Source: Camelus dromedarius (Eukaryota). Taken from it: 64,000 nucleotides of DNA. Positions 29,872 through 43,783 of the stretch are shown one piece after another (positions within the stretch are counted from its first letter, which is position 1; the number at the start of each line of letters is the position of its first letter). The notes under the pieces were generated by a model. That model ran no database searches, was not told the DNA's origin, and saw only the letters and a list, made by a program, of their open reading frames with translations. A program made the translations under genes and the position numbers. Location: positions 42,038,001-42,102,000 of the forward strand of contig NC_087436.1 in NCBI RefSeq assembly GCF_036321535.1, in the 5' to 3' direction.

Positions 29872-31740
29872 ATTTTAGTTAAGATTTCTCAAGCTAATGC
29901 ACTACAACAGATAAATTTTGAAAGCTTAATAAGTCAATAAAGTTCATTTTACAGTCACATAAAATCCAAGCAATCAGTAGGAAAGGAGAATGGGTAAGGG
30001 AGGAAATTTTGCTCCATATTATCATGTTGCCATTTTAGGCTTTGACATTTTTAAACACAAACATAGCTTCCATCATCACGATAGGCTTTGGACATCCTGC
30101 CTGAGACAGGGGAAGTGAGAATCAGAATCACTTAGGAATATTTTATGGGCCTTAGAATAATATATGAAACTCAAGCACATATCATACTGGCCAGAATTTG
30201 GTCACAAGGCCAATTTAACTGAAGGAAGTCTTGGAAATACAGTCTGGCCAAGAGGAAAGAGAAAGATGTCTGGTAAATAGTTAGACATTCTCTGCTGTAA
30301 ACCACTCTTCCAGTCGCCAGATATTCATCATGTTCTTCCTGCTACACATAGAACACATTTGCCTTTTCCCCAAGGAAGATAACACGAAGTCCTACTAGGT
30401 CACTTCATTCAGCTCAGTGTAGAGAATCTCTGAATCATGCGTTGGCCTCTCCAGCAGGTCCAGAAATGACTCCCATGGCTTGGAAATCCATGTACAAATC
30501 ACCTTCTCTCATCACAGGCATATATACAAAGGTGTCCCAGGCGTGATAACCACAATAGACATTCCCATTTGAAAATGAAAAGAGCAGGATACATTGCTGT
30601 CAGTGGGCAGTAATGATGGTGCATTTCTGCTGGGAAGGCAGGAGTTGCCTGGTAGTGGGAAATTTTTTCTTGATTAGGATCTAATTTTTCCCACACAAAA
30701 GAACTCCCTTGATAACTTTTTTCCCTCCTGATGGTTCCTATCTCTAATCTCTAGGGTCATTTTTTCCCTCAAAATCTGGCCTCATAATTTCTTTGCCAAT
30801 GTACACCCTCAAAAACTTAGTAGGTATCTAATCTGTGTCCACTCAGTTCTATGTGCCGTTATGACAAAAACTCCTAAAACTGGTACTCAAATCTACTTGA
30901 TTCCACCAATTTCTTGCCCTAGTCATTCTCTCCTTCTCCCTCTCCTATCTCTCTGTCTCTCTCCCCCTTTCTTCCTCCATCTTTCCTCCCTGCTTCAATT
31001 TAATGGCAACTACTAAAGAGCCACCAGTCGCTAGTGGAAAAGTACCGTTCAGTCTCTTTTGTCAAAGGGCTGACTCTTAATGGGCCTTTGTAACTGAAGT
31101 TTTCTTTCACTCTTACACCAATTTTGAGGTTCAGGGAAATTCAGGTTTTTAAAACTTTTGAGTCCTCAAATATCTGGAGTCTATAAATCATTGTACGTTT
31201 GCCTATAAACCCACTAATTCTTGACTGAGTCCATCTCTTCCTTCTAAAGTCTTCTATTACAAATCAAACACATCCTATCACAAAAACTCTCTACAGAGCA
31301 ATAAAGCCTTGGAGGCATCTTTCAGGTTATGATGTATGATGGTTCTACCAAATGTTCTGCCACTCTTACCCAGCCTCCCAAAACAGTCTTCTCATCAACA
31401 TCACCTACACTCCTGGACAAGATGACAAGTGTTAATTTATCTTTACAATAACACCACTTCTGTAGCTACCAATATTCAAACTAGTTAACATACTAATAAC
31501 TACTGTAATAGATTAACACCAAATGCTTAGTAGTATCATAAAATAAAAGGTTGTTTTTTGCTCACCTGTACTCCAAATAGTGGACAGAGATGTTCACCTT
31601 CACACTATTTGCGAAGCGTCTGCCTTCTTGACCGTGTAAAGCCCAACATTGCGTTGGGTCAATTTCCAGAAAACAGCAGGGGAGGAGAGAGTGGAGGCTT
31701 TCTGAGTGAGAGGTTTTTTTTTTAATCTATGGCCTAGGGA
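29872..31740 (-). mobile_element. Degenerate MaLR provirus (MLT1K/L-like): LTR about 29872-30298, internal about 30299-31475, partial second LTR about 31476-31740
   Basis: Two similar LTR starts (ttagttaag...actacaacagata...ataaagttcatttt and ctagttaac...actgtaatagat...ataaaaggttgttttt); LTR motif tggccagaatttggtcacaaggcc; MaLR internal/LTR junction caccacttctgtagctaccaatattc. Confidence 0.65.
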
Positions 31741-34009
31741 AGAAATTTGTGAGTAGAGGACTGATCTCTAAGTTTTTGAAACACAGTCTTATTCTTGCTA
31801 ACTTCACTTTCCATGTCTATACCTCATTTTCAAATCAAGTAATCTTCTTTAGTCAGGAGAATACACATACTATGTATATTATATAGTATATATAGTATGT
31901 ATAGATGTATGTATCTGTATAGAAAATACATACACACATCCGTGTATAAATGCACACACATATGTTACATGTGTGCATTACAGTAATACAGATAAGTAAT
32001 CATGTCTTCAAAACAGCAAGCATGAGGCTACGCCCAACCACTGTAGTTTGCAAAACTGAAATTTATCATCACAGGGAACGCAGTGTTGTTATCTTTTTCA
32101 AGCTGTTTCACTTCTAAAAAGCAGCAAGTAAATACTTTTATTTTGTCTGTAGCATTTTATTCTTCACATTATGACACTTATACCACTTATCACTAAATCC
32201 TTTCTTTCTGGTTGACTTTACGATTCAACTTCTCCAATAAAAGTTTTATAACAGGAGTCTAATGAATTAGACCCTACAGAAAGAAAAGTAAATTGGTCTG
32301 TTTCAAAGCTCAAAGCTACAGCAATAAGTTCTCTGGATTTATTGCAGACCACTCCACTGCTCCAGAGAGGATACTGAATGCTTTGTTTCCCATCCTCCTT
32401 TACAACCTTTTTTAAAGGCAGAGACTGCTAAGATCTATTCCACCAGGATGACAGAAGGCCAGAGAGTCACTGTGAAGCCAAACAAGAAAAGCCATGTTGG
32501 ATTCAGTAACTTGAGCACCAGGAGATAATGGTGATTATGTGGGACAAGTTAAAAGACTGCATTCAGGTACTGGTCTTAGAAAGCCTGTACCATGACTCAC
32601 CCAAGGAAAACAAGGAAGGTCACAGAAATAAGCCTAATCCTTTGGGATCACATCAGAGCAGTCTCTGTGGTAGGACTGGCCAGGACAGGACAGAGGGTCC
32701 ATGCAGTCCGGGAAGCTCAGAGGAAATGAAGCACCAGGAAGTCAGGGGATGTGACTTGCATCTCAATGAGCCCAAGGCAAGAAACTTAGAAGAGGATTAT
32801 AAAATAAAATGCGTTACTTTATCAGTGTTAAATTCTAGGAAGGGATTTTTTTTGTAGTTATTGCTATTTATCTCTCTAGGGGCAAACCCAGGAGAGCTGG
32901 GAAGGTGACCCTGCACTGATCATCAGGCACATTGACGCTCATTAATTTTCCCAAAGGCAGCAGTTCTGCTACATATGTCTTGGTGTCAGATTTAGATAAA
33001 AAAGGAAAAAGAACTCAAATCATTGAATTCATTGGTAAAATAAGTTTTAAAATAGAAAAAAATTAAGCATAGCATTCACATGATTAAGTAAATGACCACT
33101 CATTTTAGTTGGTATAGGTGATAGTTATCCATAATTTATCAAGTCATAATTTAGCAACCAATAATTTAATTTAAAAGGATTTTAAATGTAAATGAAACAA
33201 GTGAAAATACGAATGAAAAGTTGCTAAAATTTCACTATTTTCCTTCATAATATGTTTAAACCATTTTTAAAACAATTAAGAAAGTAAAGTTAGTTTGGGC
33301 AATTGGTACAGCATTTTTGATCAAAATAATCATTGTAAAGCTCCAGAGATTAACCAGAAATTTGGGGGCAGTAAGCAATAGGCAAACTTTAACCCATTGT
33401 ATTGGTAATATTACATGAAGTATCACTTTTTCTAGTATTTACGAAGATGAAATATATAACAAAAAATGTGGTCTATCCATGACACCCAAACACATAACAA
33501 AAAGCTTTTTTGTCCATGTGTTTTATATTACTGGCCAGTCCATGTATGATTAGAAACACATTTTTCATTTAGGATACATTTGTGCATACTGACACTATCC
33601 TGTAATTGTATGATAACAGAAAATGCCAATTTTTTAAAATGAATTTGTTTTCCTTCATGCTAATAAAATCGTTGCTCAAGTATACTATGTATTATACTAT
33701 GTACATATATTAGGGCTGCTTTGTTTCAGGAAAAGGCTCTACCAAACATTAACATGTCTTCCACTACTTGTTTCTGCTGGAGCAACGATGGTGCCTCAGT
33801 ATCCCACAATAACCCCCGCTGACATGTCAAGTGACAGCAATTGTCCAGAGCCCTCTTCTTCATTCCCTCTATGGGATTAGAGTGCCATTTTTATCACATT
33901 TTAAATTAGATAATATAGACTCTCTGTTTGCTTCATTTGAAATATCACTGTACTAGTATCAAACTTTGTTGATCAACACAGTTTTTAGTTTAAAGTATTA
34001 AAATTATTC

Positions 34010-34323
34010 TTTTTAATTTTTTAATTGAAGCATAGTCAGTTTATAATGTTGTGTCAGTTTCTGGTGCACAGCACAATGTTTCAGCATAATATTCCTTTTC
34101 ATGTGGAACAAAAAAAAAGACACAAATGAACTTATTTACAAAATAGAAAGAGACTCACAGACATAGAAAATAAATTTTTGGTTATGAAGTGGGGAGAGGG
34201 ATAAATTGGGAGTTGGAGATTTGCAGATTCTCACTACTATATATAAAATAAACAACAAGTTTATACTGTATAGCACAGGGAACTATATTCAATATCTTGT
34301 AGTAACCTATAATGAAAAAGAAT
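34010..34323 (-). mobile_element. L1 3' end with 5' inversion (twin priming)
   Basis: 34010-34102 is the reverse complement of the L1 tail; 34101-34323 is the immediately upstream L1 3' UTR in the opposite orientation. Confidence 0.88.
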
Positions 34324-37300
34324 TATCATTGATTTTTAAAAGTTCTGTCTCTTATTTGTTTATTCTACAATAAATTTTAATATTTGACAAAAGTATATAT
34401 ACATGTCAATCCTATTAATGTGATGAAGGGATTCGTATTATATATAAAATAAAATTTCAACTATCATTAAATTACTCAGTTTTCCATTAAAATGTTGTGC
34501 ATTTAATTCTTTTTGTATAAAAATATTACATTATAAAATAAAATTTTAGAGATATCTGTTGAGACATCTAATTAATATTAGTTAGTCCCACACAGTTTAT
34601 AATTTAACTCACGTTATGCATGGGGAAATATTTTCTTCAGTGTCGTTTCTAAAGCATTAGTTTTCATTATAGAACAACTATTGTTCCCATGGGAGAGCTA
34701 TGACATCTTTTGATTATTTTGGTTTGGTACTACATGATGGTTTTCCAAAAAAAGTTTTTTGCAATGGATTTCTTTGAGTTTCTTGAATGGAAATTTTTGA
34801 TATAGAAAATTCATGATAATTTTAGCTCTTCCCTTCATATAGCCATATAACATTTTTTTATTGTATCATTAAGAACTTTAAAAAAGTTGACCCAGGAAGG
34901 AGGGTTTGGAAACATTTCCTAGAGGAAGATATTTCTGAACTGAATTCTAAATTGTGAATGTGAGTGAAATGGGTATGTAGGAGAGGGGAGAGACAGGAAT
35001 TAGAGAGGGCAGGAGTGAAGAAAATCCAGAAAGTTCAGTTTAATGAAATATATGATTATTATGTAAGTTCAGCTGGGTTTCCTTCCAACTGGAATATGTG
35101 TGTCTATACACATGGCCCAGGGAGGAGATCTGATGGTCTATCAATATAATTTGGGGTCAAAAAATTCCTCTAATATAGCAGGTAATCAATTCAAAATCAA
35201 ATCTTTTTTCAGACTAGAGTGATACAGAAAACTTTTTTTTTTAAGCATTACAGTACCTTTTAAAAAGCTTTATTGCATCTGCAGCAATTGGTACCACATG
35301 TGTTTTCTGGTCTACACGCCCCCACTATTCCGATGTATAATGTACAGAAATATAGTCCAACTTACAGGATACAGCTGTCATATTAAACAATCTGGTTTTG
35401 AACAAGAAAACAGGGCATTCTGTATAATTCTTAGCTATGAAAGTTTCCAATGTTTTAGACTCTGAAACCACTCTATTTAATATTTTAAGCAATCACACAA
35501 ATTTAACAGATACAGCATTAATTTAATGATTTACTAGTATATTTTAAAAAAAGCACCTAGAAGTTAGTTACAAGATGGAAAATGGTATACCTTGATTTTG
35601 TGTTTTTAAGAAATACCAAATTATTTAAATGGATACTTTACTCTATTTTCTCAAAATGCAGAGTTTATTAAATTTGTATGTAAAAAGCCCTTTAACCAAA
35701 ATGTCTACGTCAACTTTAATTTTTGTCGTCAATACAGCAGCAGCAAGAATACTTTTTATAAGTGTGCTCTAAGTAAGGCACCCCAGCAATAAAGTGAAAT
35801 GATTATTATAACTTACTATAAACATACATATATACAGAAATTAACACACTGGTAACAAAAAAGTGATATGAAACTGCAAAGGAGGTGTTTGCATGACCTA
35901 ATGCATAATATCTGCTTTTTATATTAAAAAATCAAACATTTAAAAAAGTTACTATAAACAAGTGAGTTACCTTGAAGAGACGTCAAGGAGTATGAGCACG
36001 ATGTCATAAACAGTATTTGGAAAAATGACCTCCTTAATGGTCATCCACAGCTCATTGAATGTGGTTTTACTCTGAAGTTAAGGGCACTTTTAAAATTTAG
36101 TTTCACAATTGAATCACTTAAGTAACAGAAAGTGCATTTTAGATTGATACATTTGTAATAACAATAAAAATCTACTGCATTTTTACAGACTGAGATGCTT
36201 CCAGATGCTTGTATGCTCAGGAATGACATTATATTTTGAAGACTTCTTTGTTTCATCTAAAGAATGAAACACATCTCCAAAGGGGAGATTAAAATGTGCT
36301 CATATTTACTGAGTTCCAGGTGTATACTTTAAAAAATATACTAAAATGACTGAAACTTGGGCCTTGAGATGAAAAATGCTAAAAAATAAAACTTTAAAGT
36401 TTATTACATACTGTAGAATATTCATAAACTAAGCATGCCTCATTTTAAATGTTTCAATCACTATAAATATATTATAGGGACTTCTACACTTATTGAAAAG
36501 AATTCAATTACCAAGTCTAAACACTGAGTTGAGTGAATTAGTGATAGCAATATGTTTTCTATTTAGGTGATTTGATGAAAAAACAAAACTATGGTTTAGA
36601 ATAATAGATTTTGCATTTTGAAAATTCAAAATGTTATAGAATGTTTAAAATTTTTCTAAAAATGAAGTCTTTCTTTTGTGTTAAAAGATTAGACTTAAAT
36701 AAATATCACAAATATATATGATATTTGGCAAGGGGGTTGAGATTTAAAATTCAACACTTTCCTTATTCCCAAATATCATATCTTTTTAAAATAAATCTCA
36801 CATATTATTTTGCCTACTTATTTTGAAGTAATTTAGCAGAGAATTAGCAAAACTTAGTGTTGTGTGTATACAAAGTAACAAAATTATATTGTTATTTTAA
36901 GTACCTAATATCATAATAAATAATAAATAGCTTATATTAAGGCATTGGACAGGGATGGGAAATAGACCCCTGCATATTAGCATTCAGGCTGAGCAGAATG
37001 ACAAAATGTAAACAACAAGGGCAATGAATGAAGAAATGTAATATCACTTTATAATGCTTTCTTATAATAGTGTATCTAAGAAAGTCATTAAATTAAAACA
37101 AAGTGTATTCTGTAATTGCCTTCATTGAACAGAAAATTGAAAACAGAATTGCATAAAGCACATTCATTTTACATTGCATTAATTTCCTATTTTTAGGAAA
37201 TTGACAAGACTTCAAAATTATTCATTACATTTCACACTCACTTAAATGGACATCTATATAAATAATGCTGACTATAATATGATAACATGATGTATGATTT

Positions 37301-37639
37301 CAAATGGTGTGTTTGGGGCCTGTAAGAGTCAATCCTATTTCCAGACTTTTCCTCTTCTTTTGACTAGCCACAAAAGTCCTTTACCATACTACCACAAAAC
37401 CTAAAGCTCCTTCCCTTCTCTTTTGAAAAAAAAAATTACAATTATATGTATTTATAAGTGTCTATAAATAAAAAGATACAGTTATATAGATATAAATCTA
37501 GAGATATAGACATACCCCTCACAATAGAAGTCAGAATCCAGCACAGTCTATTATTTCAGTGTATCTGTTACTCTCATTCCTTCTTCCCTCCTCATCAGTA
37601 CCAGCCAGGCCAGAAGCCTCAGTCAGGCCACACTAGTCA

Positions 37640-37820
37640 TCTAGAAAAGGAGAAATGTAAGCATGCAAATAATTTTACAAAATAACTCAACTTGGAACTT
37701 AGAGATTGAATTAATTGCCCAAATAAAAAATTGGCTAAGAAACAAGAATAGGCATATCGTAGAAGAGAAAACCTGAATGGTTAATAAACATGTGAGAAGG
37801 TGCTCAAAGTCATGCATTAT
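37640..37820 (+). mobile_element. L1M ORF2 C-terminal fragment
   Basis: aaaaaattggctaagaaacaagaataggcat...aatggttaataaacatgtgagaaggtgctca is a decayed version of KWAKDMNRHF...MANKHMKRCS. Confidence 0.6.
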
Positions 37821-37849
37821 CTCACCTAGTACTCAAGTCCATGGCGGAA

Positions 37850-37975
37850 GCGCTGTTATTGTATCCTTTTAACAGATGGGCAAACAAGTCTCAGAGAGAG
37901 TCAGTGTATTCATTATCAAGGTCACACAGGTAATAAGTTACAGAGTTGAGATTGAAATCCAAATGCTACACTGAG
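37850..37975 (-). mobile_element. MIR SINE fragment
   Basis: tgttattgtatccttttaacagatgggcaaacaagtctcagagagagtcagtg...aaggtcacacaggtaataagt. Confidence 0.7.
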
Positions 37976-40739
37976 GAAAGGATGATTTGTTTAAGATAAT
38001 GAGGAAAAAAAATTTTTTTCTGATTACATAGAAATTTCTTTCTATTGGAAAAATACAGAAGGCCAGAAACACATGTAAAAGTGAGTAGGATCCAAAGAAA
38101 GGCAAAGACGGTAAGAGCATGTTTTACGTCTTGGGCCTGGGGAAGACAGATCTGGAAATTTCATAGGGTGATGTTTCTGGCCGAGTTCCACAGCTCTTTT
38201 TTTTTTTTTTTCTTTTCTTTTTATAAAAATGATAACCCAAGCACTAAATTCCAAACTTTAGTAAGGTAAAGAAGGCTGTAGTCTTCCTCACAAACAGATT
38301 CCCATTACAGAGCAGGGTCATTGACCTCTAACGTGCGTTCCCATAGAGTTACTGAGTGGGTGGATGCATGCATGTATTAAAGAAGAGAACAGCAAACAGT
38401 ATCTAATGTAATGAATTTGCCAGTAACATTCCAACTCTAACGCTGCTTGCCGTTGTGGTGATGACACATGCACTCCAGGGTACCCTTTCTTTCTATTACT
38501 TTATAGGGAACTTACCGCACCTTCTCTACCCTCATTGTTACAAAAAGAATTCTCTCACTAACTCTAGCAGCCTTAGCACGTTTTTTTTCTCCCAATTTAA
38601 CCAGAAATTGACTTACTGTAACTGTCTGTACTTCGATTAAAAAAATGTGAAGAATAAGAAAAAATAGTATTTTCCTCTAGGGGTCAATATTTGTCACTAA
38701 CATTTCCTGTCGTTTCGACTTTAACTGAGACACCAAGATTTTCAAAATACCAAGATGAAGGCAGAAAATGCCAATGGGGATCAAAGAGACTATCAAATAT
38801 CAAGTTCTGTCCCTAATAATAGAGGTATTTTGCTTCTAACCAGTCTGTTTTCTTCTGGTTTTTACCTCAAAGTGTCTAGAAGTTTGGGGTTCTGATTTAT
38901 TCTCAAGATATGGTGTCTAAGTTATTGTAAAGTTTATGATGGGATACAATTATAGGATTTTAGGTAGATATGTTTCTTTAGCAATCAAATGAAGATGGGT
39001 ATCTCAAGAAATACTAGCTGAACAAGATAACACAGGTAATATATTTGTAATATCCCTGGAAATTATTATGGGGATAAACATCTCAACTTGCCAGTCATGC
39101 CACATACCACAGACAACACCATGTTAGTTTTCCCTGATTCTAAAAATTTTCCATAATTGCCATAAGGCACACTTCGTACATTTCTATCATGTGAGAAACG
39201 ATTCATTTTTCTTTCATTGGTGACCACCTGGTATTTACTCAGTCTGCTGTGTGCCAGGCCTGGAACCTGTCCTGGGTACCTACTCTTTAGGCGAAGTGCT
39301 TTTCACAGGCAGTTCACAAACATGAGACAAAATGAGTTCTATCCTGTTTCTCAGTGTTTCTTTCCAAACTGTCACTTATTTTTGTTCAGGCAATACTTCT
39401 TTGTATACGGTCATCAACCTTTGCTGTTTTCTTTCATCTTCACATCTCCCCTCTCATGGAATGAAGGAGACCTAAGGTCAATGAAAATAAGAGAGAACAA
39501 AAGGGTATAGAAATGTAAAGAAACACAAACTTCAAGTTAGCGGAATCTAATTTATCTGAAAGGAGCTTGCAAAATGATGAATGCACATGCAGAAAACAGG
39601 CAACTAACAGGCAAAAAATTAAACAAATGTGTTTATGTTATCAGCAAAAATTTTTATGAACTTGATGTGATTCACAGAAAAGCCTAATTAAAAAAAAATA
39701 CCATTCTGGAATGCATTTTGCCCAATAAATGTAATAGTTGCATCATACTTGCTTTTTTCAAAAGAATCTTGCATTCAGGAACCAAAATCTCAACCGAAAT
39801 CCAGTACACATGTGCACTTCGTTCAGACCTGTGTGTCAGATCCCTTCCCTGGGAAATGCTTTGAGTTATACAGGGTCCTCTTTTCCGCACTCTCTAGCAT
39901 TCTTACAGACCTATGACTTTGCCCCTCTGTCATTTTTCTTGGAGAAACAGCCTTCCAGTTTATCTCAGAAAATACATCACCAACCCTTTCTCAAGCTCAA
40001 CAACCTGCTGTGACAGACAGCAGATCCCTGCCTACATGTCTTCGTCTTGCGGTGTATCCATTGCTTTGCAATTTCAGGTTTTCATGGTAAAACTGGCCAA
40101 TCAGTTGGAATATGTCACAGATCCAAAAAAACTGCCCTTCCCTTCCTACACTACCTTTAAACTAACCAATTTTGCAGAGGAAACCCTTAGCCCACTTAGT
40201 ATTTAACAAAGAGCAATGTAGAACTTTGATGTGGATGCTATGACAGGGACACACCAGATAATGTTATGGAGTCAGGGCTGACGGCCTCGCATGCTTTGAG
40301 CATCGTCAACTCTTGGACACTTGGCGATAGATTCACAGGGAACCGCCTCACCCACGGTCATGCCTCTTTCTTCTGTGGCTCATTCAGTGAGTGATTTATG
40401 TGGGAGCCTAGAGGCGTGGCCTTCTCAGCTCAATCTGAATAACACTGAGCCAAAAATCCAGTTCCCTCGCTCCTTGTGGGAAGGTCCAAACCCATCTAGG
40501 GGCCTGGGTCCCAGCTTGGCTCTCTGTCTACCCACTCCTCCTCCATCTTCTCTCTCTCCCACAGGTGCTGATCTTAACACTAATAATCATCTTTCATACC
40601 AAATTTCATCTCCTCTTTGGAAAAGGCAAGGACATATTCATCCTTCAAACCTTTCTTGCTTATTCATAGGGGCTGCAATTTAATGAGGATTGCCCCAGAG
40701 TCAAACAAAATGACATCCGTATCCTACTCACAGAATCCA

Positions 40740-40860
40740 CAACCTCCCAAGACTACTTAAACATTCTGATCCTCAGTTTTCTCATCAGAAAAATAAGAAT
40801 AATCATATCGACACACAGAGTTTTCTGTGGAGGTTAAATAAGGTAACCTATTTGAGAGGC
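40740..40860 (+). mobile_element. MIR SINE fragment
   Basis: ttctgatcctcagttttctcatcagaaaaataagaataat...tgtggaggttaaataaggtaa. Confidence 0.65.
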
Positions 40861-43619
40861 AGAGAGAGAGCTCCCGTCAGTAAAAAAATAAGCAGTCCTT
40901 CCACATTAGTTATCTTCCCACCCTTTTCCTCCACTATTTATTACTTGATTTATATTCTGTGTTTATGCTGATAATGATGCCATTAGATTTTTTTTTTCTT
41001 TCTGCAAAGCTTTGCACTTAGTCTTATAAAAAATGGGTTAGGGAAAAAAAAAAAACTGCAGCCCAGTTACAGTCCAGGTTATTCGTTAATTGCAGCACCC
41101 CTCAGCTTTTGCAGATATGTATGTGGCTGTGACCCAGTTTATAATAATGCTTAGCAGCATTACTTCCTGGTTTCTATATTAGAACATGATGCCATGTTCT
41201 ATTAGTCACACAACTGTTAAGAAGTTCCAGCTGCCTGTGGAAAAATAGAGAAAGTAAGTAATGCTACTCCTCATTAAATTTTAGGCATAATATTACAATA
41301 TCTTCTATGTATTGGATATTAGAGCCTTATAGTTAAGATCATCAAAATATTAGAACACGAACAGTGCACTGTTAAAAGTTAAGAGTAATATCAACAAAAG
41401 CAAGTTACAAGCTGCCTTCCTAAAGCAAAAATAAATATATGATAATAAACCAATCTCTAACCATTGACTTCAAAATCTTGGAAGGCATAAACATAATAGT
41501 AATTCTTGGCTATCTTTGAAAATTAAATGCATATCAAACATTATCAGAAGTCTGCTGAAAAAAAGAAATTATTGTACATATTTTATTTGGTCCACTCATA
41601 ATTCCTAGCTATCTACTTATAAGAAATTTTTGTTATTTTTCTGGCAGAGATCTTATTGGAAGTCTAAAATTTCATCATCATTGCCAAATGTATTTTGAAG
41701 GTATCTCCCTGACTCGAGAGTGCATTGAGAAATGGAAAAGTCTGTTAGAAACTCTTTAAATACAGTGTAATGGTGAGGTACTCGTTAAAGTGACATATTC
41801 CATTGTAGAGTTATCCTTCATTTAACGCTGTTAACAGTAACTACTTCATAGTTTAAACAACAAGCCTGCTGTAGAGTGTAGAGACCCTAAACTTTCTCCT
41901 TGCCAGCTCAGAAGTGACATCAGATAAGCTTGAAATATTAGCTCTTTACTACCACATGGCCTGGGCATAGTTTAAGTCATTTATTTCTTAAGGCTTCAAT
42001 TTTTTCCATTTATATAATCGATGTAAGAATCAAATTTGAAAAGATAGTTAAAACACCTGCATAGAGTTGTTTTCCAAACAATTTAGCTACTGCCTCCTCC
42101 TGTCCTTAGGTTTTTTGTGTAAATAACTGCAGAAAAATCAGGGGTAAGTGTTTGAAGAGGCTCAATAGTAGGCACTGGCAGGTCCCAGTGTTTTGAACTG
42201 GAGCAGGAATATTAGGAAAGGCAGAACATTTTTTTTTGGCATCCATTTGCAGTAAAATATAAACACGTGCATGGGAAATATACACACCGCCTTGTTACCT
42301 TGAGCTTAGATGTATTTGTAATATTATATTTTGTTAAAACATCTAAATCCCTCTGGCAAATCGTAATATTTTTAATCTTGATGGTTATGATTTTCTGCAG
42401 GTTTGAAATATATCGCAAGTGGGAAATTGAAATTCCTTGCATAATTATCTTAAATGTTACATGCACAGTGAGCTGGGAAAAGTCTTGACATATTATGGTG
42501 CCATCTGGAAAATTTTTCTTCTCTTTAATATGAATGTAGATTTTGTATCTGAGAAAGCCATGTGAGTTGTTAGTGTTTATATTTCTGTAAGTGTCTTTAC
42601 TTTCCAAGATTTAACAATGAGAAAAAATTCTAGGGGAAAAAATGTGGAGAATTTAAAGGAGCCAGGACTTGAAATGATTAGGATTTTGAAGTCCTTCCTT
42701 CCCATGGTGTTATTTTAGCCAGAATAATTCCTACTTTCCTGAAAATAGAATATGGCTTATTTTAATCATCGCTTTCCCTGGTAAGAGGACAAAGAAGTTG
42801 GCGGGGTAGGGGGTAGGGGTGTGTGCTAATTATAGGGTGAGAAAAATCCTTGTAAATGTAAAATGTAAAATGAAATTTGTCCAAAGGTGATTGGCGTCTC
42901 ACACTAAAAGAATAAATAAGTGGCTTATTCTGAGAAATGTGGATATAGACTCAGGGCAGCAAGACTAGGAATAAGAATGTACTTATTAAGGGAATCTTGT
43001 AAAGGATATAAATTATAGTTCTCTTTTCTGGTCTGGAAACAGACACAGTTAACTTCTAACTTAATTCTTTTCTCTGAAATACACTCATTTCTTATTATCC
43101 TCAAGTCTTCCAAGCCAGATATGCATAATTGCTGTGCGTTATGTGGGACATGGGAAGTATTGTGGTGCTGAGGCCTGGATCTGTCTATGGGTTTAGAACT
43201 GACCTGGTCTGGGAGAGAGTTAAGTCCTGGGTTTAGTTCCTTGGTTCCAGGGAAAACCAAGGCTAGCCAGTGATTGACTGAGAATAGCAGACAGAGGTGG
43301 GTGAGAGCAGAGACTAAATTCTGACAGAGGCTGACTCAGTGTGGATGGGAGACAGCTCCCCCTCCCCTTCTACACAGAACTGCCAGGCGAGGAGGCTGAA
43401 GTAGGAAGCTTGGGGACAGACAGAACGTCTGGTTTCTTATCTGTTTCTACCTTTTTTCAGTGTTTGTGTGGAGCCCTAAGGAGGTGCCTCCACGACTCTG
43501 GGTAAATGGTTAAGAGAACTGATAAGACAGTTGAGCTGCAGATCTAGTAATCCTCTTCACCAAAGCTTTTCATATGGACTTCCATCTCAGAATTAGTTTG
43601 TTCAAAGAGTCCTGTGACA

Positions 43620-43783
43620 AGGACCTACTGTGTAGCACAGGGAACTATATTCAATATCTTGTAATAACCTATAATGGAAAAGAATTTGAAAAGAAATATG
43701 TATTTATGTATAGCTGAATCACTTTGCTGTACACCTGAAACTAACACAACATTGTAAATCAACTATACTTCCATTTAAAAAAA
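43620..43783 (+). mobile_element. 5'-truncated L1 3' end (older cetartiodactyl-type subfamily) with TSD
   Basis: ggacctactgtgtagcacagggaactatattc...aactatacttccatttaaaaaaaaa, flanked by a 16-bp TSD with one mismatch: aaagagtcctgtgaca (43604-43619) and aaagattcctgtgaca (43784-43799). Confidence 0.9.

Noticed and set aside
42212..42607. 131-aa minus-strand ORF overlapping a 73-aa plus ORF
   Set aside because: Ile/Lys/Asn-rich composition reflects AT-rich DNA; no homology recognised.
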